In this document: in pieces, positions 51,300 through 59,138 of the stretch | Position numbering within the stretch: position 1 is the stretch's first letter | Layout: each line of letters begins with the position of its first letter | DNA from: Octopus bimaculoides | Lineage: Eukaryota | DNA length: 59,138 nt | Reading direction: 5' to 3' | NCBI RefSeq assembly: GCF_001194135.2 | Contig: NC_068985.1 | Location: 34,115,969 to 34,175,106, forward strand | The notes under the pieces: generated by a model | Databases searched by the model: none | What the model was told of the DNA's origin: nothing | What the model saw: only the letters and a program-made list of their open reading frames with translations | Position numbers and translations under genes: made by a program

Positions 51300-52625
51300 G
51301 TATCTGATATTTACTTTATTCTTTCTATAATGGTTTGAAGTGTTCTGAATTATAATTAAGACCTCTTATGATGTCATTGTTATGCTAATATTGTTGTATT
51401 TTTATTCCGCTAAGGTCGACTTTGCCTTTCATCCTTTTGGGGTTGATAAATTAAGTACCAGTTTGCATACTGGGGTCGATTTAATCGACTAGCCTCCTCT
51501 CCCAAAATTTCGGGCCTAGAGTAGAAAAAAATATTGTTGTACTTTTGCATGTATGTAAAATGCATGCAAAGATTAACATTAAGATGGCTACCAGTTCATT
51601 GTCAGAGCTTGTTTAATCAGTAGTGTAAAGCTTTTATGTGTATACAACCATATTCAGCTATGGCAATGTTTCTCAACCATTGTGCAGTTGTCATTGCTAT
51701 CTTTCCTAAGTTGCTTGAGCCCAAAAGTACATTTCAAATAATATGTATATAGTATTGAACATTAATTTTTATTACTTCTATATTTGTACATATAGATTTA
51801 CTTAGATTATTTTTACAATAGAGTTTTATAAAAGTATTAGCAATAGAAAATGTTGATGGATTTTAAAAGTTGAATACAAGTACTTTTTTTGTTTGTATAT
51901 TCATAACAAATTACTTAAATAGCTAAAGTCATTCAACAATAAAACAAAAATCTATAGAATGTCAGGATACTGCAGTTTATTTTATTCTAATGAAGATTGA
52001 AGTCAATGAAAAACTGATTTTTTTTTTCTGTGACCAATTCTTGAATATCCACATAATAGGTCATTTTTCAACTTTCTATTTACTTCATTTTCATTTGCAG
52101 CAGAGTTACCATAAATAGTAAGCAACGAACAATTTAACTCTTTTTGCCAGTTTTGGGTAGGAATCACATATAAATGGCCAAAATTCTTTGACTTATTTCT
52201 TATATCAAACACATCTGTTGCTCTCAAACCATTCTTCAACTTCAGAAATTCATCTTATGAAAATTTTTTTACATCTGATAATTTAAATGGAATTTATGCT
52301 AAATCCAGCTTGTCATCAGTAAATTCAGGAAAGTATTGGTTGCATTTATTTTCCTACTGTAAAATGCAGCAAAATTCCATTTCTTTTTGTAAATTCTGGA
52401 AGCCATGTTGCTACTCTTGCTCTGAACAATGTTATTTGATAGTGAAAATGATGCAAGTTTTTTTGTAGTAATACAAGTGTGATTCATAAAGGTGAACAGC
52501 ACATATTAGTTCATACAGATCGAATAAACAATGACACAAAATACATAATTAGTCCCTTATACAGCTATTATAGGCCATTGAGGGCATTTTTGATAGTGTA
52601 TCAAATGCAGATTCAACTTTTATTT

Positions 52626-53064
52626 TGATGTATGTGTAGTAGCACAAGCAGTCAGCGCCATATTGGATGAGATCTTGCTGGCAGCCATTACCATCTCCGA
52701 GACTGGAGTGAGATCTCACCTGCATCCATTTGCCATGCGCGAGATCACAACGAGGCTCGCGATGGTAAACTGGATATAAGGACCCAACAAACAGATTCTA
52801 TCTTTTCTTCACCGCAAGCACTTGCTGAACACACATATTCACTGGCTGGGTCTCCAGGCTAGTACTGTCTGCTCGTCGTATCTCCAGAGGTAATGGGCCC
52901 GCGTTAACAGAGATACAATGAAGTACACAGCTCAAGATGGTATACCAAGAGCAACACACATCATTTATTCGGTGTAACTATGTAAATAAAACTGGTTTTG
53001 AATTTGCATTTCCACTTGAGACTTCTTTCCTCGCCTGCTGGAGCCTGAAACAACACAAAGAACA
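52626..53064 (+). mobile_element. Probable solo LTR (about 430 bp)
   Basis: CpG-rich island in AT-rich intron; TG...CA ends, TATA-like ggatataagg, AATAAA about 75 nt before the end; possible 4-bp TSD attt. Exact ends ambiguous. Confidence 0.5.
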
Positions 53065-53569
53065 ATTTTAATGGGAGAAGGCAATATTCATCCGATATCG
53101 TGAACCTTGCCATTATAAAAGTTGTTATCATACTATGAAGGAAGAAGCTGACATTGTAAACTTTTATCTGTTTTGCATCCCAAGAAAGTAAAAATTGCAG
53201 ATAAATCATCTGATAGAATGGGAACTATGTACTTGGTTGGCTCTTCTACCTTAAGCTAATGAATATATGATTTAGAATAATATGAATAAGAGAAACAGTT
53301 TTAAAGAAATTTAGGACTTTAGGTAAGATAAAATAAAGTGTATTCTGAAGATATCCCACTACCTTAAAAACAGTGCAGTTTGAAATTATTTCGGATAATG
53401 ATACAGCATTGACATGGTCAGTGTTTGGTGAGCTGTAAAAAATTCATTTACTTTAAGCATTTGTACTATTGATAATATGGGATGCTTCTAAAATTGACTA
53501 GCAGGTGGGGTGTTTTCAGATAATAATAGAGAAGCACAATGATTAAGATAGACTATTTACTACATAGAT

Positions 53570-54055
53570 ATAGGTGCAGACATGGTTGTGTGGTAAGCAG
53601 TTTAGTTTCCAATCACAGTTTTGGGTTCAGTCCCATGGCATGGGACATTGGGTGTGTTCTACTGTAGCCTTGGGCTGACCAAAGTCTTGAGTGGATTTGG
53701 TGAATGGAAACTGAAAGACACCCATTGTGTGTGTGCATGCGCGTGCATCTCCTTGTCTGCTCATCACATGATAGCTGTAAAATGATTGCCATTGGCATAC
53801 AAGCAGTGTCAGTCATTTCCAATATTTTACAAGAAAATAAGGCAGTGAGCTGGCACAAATGTTAGCACGCCAGGCAAAATGCTTAGCAGTATTTTGTCTG
53901 TCTTTACGTTCTGAGTTCAAATTCCACTGAGATTGACTTTGCCTTTCATCCTTTTGGGGTGATAAATTAAGTACCAGTTGCATACTGGGGTTGATCTAAT
54001 CAACTGGCCCCCTCCTGCAAAATTTCAAGCCTTGTGCCTAGAGTAGAAAAGAATA
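53570..54055 (+). mobile_element. SINE family A (truncated) followed directly by SINE family B
   Basis: ggttgtgtggtaagcagtttag...gggttcagtccc head at about 53570; ggcagtgagctggcacaaatgttagc head at about 53841. Confidence 0.8.
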
Positions 54056-54876
54056 TTCTACAAGAACATATCTGGCCATGGGGAAATAGTATCTTGTTTG
54101 TAAAGAAGGTGAGGGTTTGTGACAAGAAGGGCATTGAGCTATAGAAAATCTGTCTCAATAAACACTGTCCTACCCATGCAACAATAGAAAAGGTGGATGT
54201 TAAAATAACTGATGATAGATATGTGTTTCAGTTAAAAAAAATTTAGTTACCTCTTACCTTTTAAATTATTTTTAAAGCTATTAAAGTTAAGACAGGTTTT
54301 AATCTTGTTTTCCTGTTTTTTTGCTTGTATAAAAAATACAAAAGAAATGCACAAAAACTTATGAAATCACTTAATTATACACTGGTATATTTGGACTAGT
54401 GTCCTCATTTTGTTTGTTATAGTCACAAAGTTTCAACTGTTGTACTCTCTGGCCTTCTTCAGGTGCCTGTCCTATTTGGTAAGCTTTTTGAAATTTCAAA
54501 CAAAACCCTCTATTAAATCTATGGGTACTGATTGTTCCCATTCCAGTGTCTATTCCAGGGATATTCTCTTATTCTCTTTATTTGTAATGTCACTTGCTTC
54601 TTCTGCTTGAAGCAGAGAATATATTGATTGATGCAGGGACTGAATTCACAACCGAATAACTCATGTACACTTGATTCTTAATTAACATTTATGTTCACTA
54701 TCCCATTGTTCTGTAGGACAATTAAGCAATGGAAATTAGAGGCATTAGACCTAACCAGTTGAAATATACCATTTGTGTCTACAAACTTATTTCTATGATG
54801 ATCTCTGTTTTATGGAAAATGTATATATTGTTTCTATTTCTGAATTTAACTTGTAATTTTTGTTTGTTTATTACAG

Positions 54877-55003
54877 AGTGGTGCAATATCAAAAGACTTA
54901 GACTTGGTGCATCATGGCATTCGACAACAATTGGATGAGATTAAGCGAAGAGAAGTAATTCGTCTGAAATCTCTTGTCCAAGGGCAGTTTAAATATAAAT
55001 CTG
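54877..55003 (+). CDS. NUCB2: Nucleobindin coding exon 3
   Basis: tacag|AGTGGT...TCTG|gtaaat, 127 nt, phase 0/1. SGAISKDLDLVHHGIRQQLDEIKRREVIRLKSLVQGQFKYKS aligns to [27 protein letters not shown]..RL. Later (EF-hand) exons not found in the window. Confidence 0.95.
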
Positions 55004-55467
55004 GTAAATGAATTAACTGTTGATGTTTCTAAGGAGAGCAAGGAGTCATATCCTGAGCATAAGTTTTTGTCTGGCTGAATCTATAATTTGTCTCTAGTTC
55101 CTAGTTATAGTGATTTCATTAAAGGTGTAATAAATGAATGTCAGGAGAAAGATGAGCATCATACAAGTATCATTTTCCATTCCATAGGAATGAGGTCTTG
55201 TATCTATGTAAGAAATCTGTATCAGAAGTCAATATTTCTAAAGAAAGCAGTGGTTCTTATATAATGGTAACTGAAATTCAAAGTGTCAAGTTAAGCTCAT
55301 GAAGCCACATGGCTGTTTCAGCATCTCAAACTTGCAATAAGGGAATATTGTTGCAAAAAAATCTGGCAAAGACCTAGTTTTCATGACCATCAGAGTGCTC
55401 ATAGTAAGTAGAATTTAGTCAATACACTTTTTGATTTAAAAATATTTCCAATAAATTAATATAACAG

Positions 55468-55800
55468 TAGATACATTTAGAATAGCATGGCAGCATATAC
55501 ATTAACATAGTATATCAGCATATACATTTAGGATGGTATACCGGCATATACATTTAGTATGGCATATTGGCGTATACATTTAGTGTGGCATATCGGCGTA
55601 TAAATTTAGTGTGGCATATCGGCGTATAGATTTAGTGTGGCATATTGGCGTATAGATTCAGTGTGGCTTATCGGCGTATACATTTTGTATGGTATAACAG
55701 TATTTACATTTAGTATGGTATGCTAGCATATATAATTAATATTGTATGGTGACACATTTAGTATGGCATAGCAGCATATACAATTTAGTATGGTATGATA
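55468..55800. repeat. 26-bp minisatellite, about 12 copies
   Basis: Unit cgtatacatttagtgtggcatatcgg, best conserved in the centre. Confidence 0.9.
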
Positions 55801-58800
55801 ATATAAAAATATTGTTATTGCAACTAATGCTCAATTTCTGTGCTTTTGTCTGTCCTGATCAAACAGACCTATCTATAATCAAAGGCATTCCATCTATGAG
55901 TACATTGTCCTTCTCTGTTTCCAAGGTAAGTGATTTGCATATTCGGTTGCTATTTCTAGCAAGTTTAACTGCCATGTTCAGGCTCCTTTGTAGGTTCCTT
56001 CGGTGTATTTTTTTGTTCTTGTTGGTGGAAATCTGTTTCAGCTAGAAAAAACATTAAAATGAAACAAAATCTTGGCAAGTTGCCACAGAATAAACCATAT
56101 ATTGAAAGTTTGCCATCTGCTTAATATGTAAAGAAATGTTGGTCTGTTCCCGTAAGATATGATCAGAAAATTACTTAGTGAACAATGGTAGATGAAACAT
56201 TTGTGTGTGTGTGTGTACACGTGCATGTGTATATGTGTGCAAAATATTTTACAATATGAGTGAACTTTCATGAACAAATATCAGATATTGGCTTTGAGAT
56301 TTTAAAAATTATAATTTACAGAATTATTCAGAGTTAGCAATAAAATTCTTGTTGTTTACATTATATACTTAAAATTTAGATTACTGTTAATATTTATAGC
56401 AAATGAATATTTTACTTAAATTCCTAATGCCTTAAGGAAAGACAGTCTTGTTGTTGATCTACTGTACATTGAGGTCTTGTGTCTGCTAAGCAATTTAATG
56501 GTTAAAATAACAACAGATTACATAACAACAAATTGAATACTGATTAACTCCCAGTGAACAGAATTCACAACTTTTTTTTTTGTGGCCATTTTAAGCTGAC
56601 CTTGAAAATGGCATGGGCATCGAGTAATCTTATTTCTCTTCACTGTGTTGGAAGCATTACTTACAGCAGTATAAGAATCTGAATGTTGTATGTTAGTAAG
56701 ATTTTGATGAACAGATTCCTTTATTCTGGTCTGATTTCTAGTTGAAACCACTTTATACTTTTTTTTTATCTGTTAACACTATTTTTATATTTATGTAAGA
56801 AATTGTGATTTGCGGCATTCTAGTTAAAAGGTGATGTTTACTAATTTGTGAGAGAAAATAGAAAGGCTATATTTGTTTAAAAAAATTGAAACTTTTTTTT
56901 AGTAAATTTAAAACTCTTATATTTTTTGTTTACTTTAAAGATGCTTGTTTGTGTGATATATAAATCTTGACCAGAACATTTTATATTTTAATTTGCATTT
57001 ATATAATTGCTACACTGGAGAATAATGATGACAGTGATGATGTATTGGCAAAGAATATTACACTCCTGTTTTGTCAACTATTAGCACACTGTTGTCTCTG
57101 GTTCAGTTAATTCTAGATTCAAATTAGTTTGACTTAGTAATCTTAGTTTACTGCTGTTCTGTTGTGGACCAAGGTGTTAAATCAAATGTTTGTCCTGTGA
57201 GTGATGCCGTGTCCTCTAGTTCGTTTGGTCATAAAAGCACCACTGAAAACTTTGTCTTCAAGCTGTGTATTTTGTAAGATATATCTACTTTGATCGGATT
57301 TCATTCAGGAAGTGAAAGTCTAATATAGAACTACTTGTGGTCTTGTTCAGTTCACAATGGAATAGTTATCTGATATGTAGTTGTATTTATTATTGAATTA
57401 CAGGATAACTGTGTTTGAGTAGAGAGCATTTTTTTTTAGTTTTCCGAAACAGCTTACTAAAGAGGTGCTTATAGTTAATTAAATATGATACATTAGTTGT
57501 TCCCAACAACCTTTTAGATTCCTAAAACAGCCATCCTTCTCTTTGTGTTTGTTATTTTAGTCTTCCTCTATTTATTCTTTGTGTTATTCTCTATTTATTC
57601 TCTCTTGTGTAGTTTCTGCTAGCTAAATTCCCTCGCAAGGCATTGTTTGGCATGGGAATGTAGTTGAAGACTCCAGGTACCACACAGTGGAACTGAACTT
57701 GAAACCACTTGTTTGTGAATTACGTTTCTTCAATTCAGCCATACTTCGTGGCAAATTGACTGAGTCATTGAATGCCTTGCATTATTTATTTCGGCTCTCT
57801 CTGCCCTGAATTCAAATACTACTTTTCATCCTTTTGTAGTACTGTAGTTAGTTTCTCTTTTCTTTGTTTTTTAACTCCCCCCCCTTCTCTCTCCCTCCCC
57901 TTCTCCCCCTTCACTGGAAAAAATTGTCTGTGTTCAGACCTTGAGAGGGATGGGCTCTGCTACATCCAAAAAAGTGTGTAAGGCATGTCTTATGTAATGT
58001 TGACAACCCTATCACTCCATCAGGAATTGAGGGTGCTAAGTACACACACTTATGTAGTGGGAAAGGTGTAGCAAAAGATGTTGAGGTAGCAGATGAAATA
58101 GGCATGTGGATGACATCAAAGTAAAGCAATGGGAAAGCATCAGATTGTAGTTTAAATAATTTATTTAAATGACACTTGCATTTACTTGTATACACTAAAA
58201 ATCTCACTACATGACATTACCAACTTACTTTGAGCTGGCCAAGAAGAAATTAACAGGGTAAATACTGTGTTGGTATGATGATGTAGAACTGTGTGTGCAT
58301 TGATCATTCAGTTGTGTCTGTTTATGTTCTGAGTCTGCTACTCTGTTGGGTTGTTCATGCTGAATAGCTGGTTCTCTGTTGCCTACTGAACTGGCAAAGT
58401 TACTTGCTGGCTGTCTCACCTCTGGCTATCTCTCTCTGCTGTCCCTTGATGGATTGCTGTATTTATAATGGTCGTGACAGCTAGAAGGATAGACATACCA
58501 CAGGAGAAATTCCTACCTATGTAAGTCGACTTCTGTTCACTTGAACCTTAAATGACACAGCTGAGGTTGAAGTGAAACCATCCATCATGTTTTGACAGGA
58601 CAAAGAAATTCCTTTCGTGCCTGTTTGGTCAGTGGTAGATCAGACAAGTGAGAATCCTTAGATTCAGTTTTGAATTTCAGCTCGGAAAAAGGCAGTGTTA
58701 GTTTTTACACTTATAATCAATATAATCTCTGGGTTAGGCATAGCAAAATCAAAGGCAGGTTGATAGTAGATAAAGATTTTGTGGTAGATGCACAGGAGTA

Positions 58801-58899
58801 GTTAGCAATCAGTTGCACCAAGGAGAAAAAAAATCTTTGCAATGCTTGGAGTTGTGAAAATGGTTGTGGCGAAACAAAATATTGCTAAGTATTATAAAT

Positions 58900-59138
58900 C
58901 ATCATCATCATCATCATCGTTTAACGTCCGCTTTCCATGCTAGCATGGGTTGGACGATTTGACTGAGGACTGGTGAAACCGGATGGCAACACCAGGCTCC
59001 AGTCTGATTTGGCAGAGTTTCTACAGCTGGATGCCCTTCCTAACGCCAACCACTCAGAGAGTGTAGTGGGTGCTTTTACGTGTCACCCGCACGAAAACGG
59101 CCACGCTCGAAATGGTGTCTTTTATGTGCCACCCGCAC
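58900..59138 (-). mobile_element. RTE-LINE 3' end with (GAT)n tail, well preserved, runs off window
   Basis: (cat)n-cgtttaacgtccgctttccatgctagcatgggttgg...gctggatgcccttcctaacgccaaccac; CpGs intact. Confidence 0.85.

Noticed and set aside
55830-55935. ccaag|GTAAGT donor-like site, candidate next nucleobindin exon
   Set aside because: No frame resembles the expected next nucleobindin segment; a similar ccaaggtaag occurs at about 40567 in repeat-like context.
57000-58900. Search for further nucleobindin (EF-hand) exons
   Set aside because: No splice-bounded frame with nucleobindin similarity was found; the remaining exons presumably lie beyond the window.

Overview
AT-rich animal genomic DNA with scaffold gaps. 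The SINE and RTE repertoire suggests a coleoid cephalopod, probably Octopus (inference). One host gene is supported: the 5' part of a nucleobindin (NUCB1/NUCB2 family) gene on the + strand. It has a probable non-coding exon 1 ending at 11650 and coding exons at 27905-28018 (signal peptide), 51192-51299 and 54877-55003, and it continues beyond the window. Most of the remaining sequence is a transposon graveyard: two tRNA-derived SINE families, RTE and Jockey/CR1-group LINE fragments, four DD34D mariners, a DD41D element, a hAT derivative, MITEs, a degraded Ty3/Gypsy pol, a Penelope-like RT and two Helitron-like elements. The most interesting observations are: (1) a complete, TSD-flanked 1485-bp retroelement encoding only an L1/Tx1-type ORF1 (half-L1-like), inserted into a SINE head; (2) a minimal hammerhead ribozyme motif with a palindromic stem III in intron 2, sense to the gene; (3) a Helitron carrying a SAP-domain ORF and telomere-like repeats; (4) 23-aa STPR-like repeats encoded back-to-back on both strands; (5) a conserved nesfatin-1-type KR site in the nucleobindin. 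Repeat boundaries were read by eye and are approximate unless TIRs or TSDs are quoted. No database searches were run.
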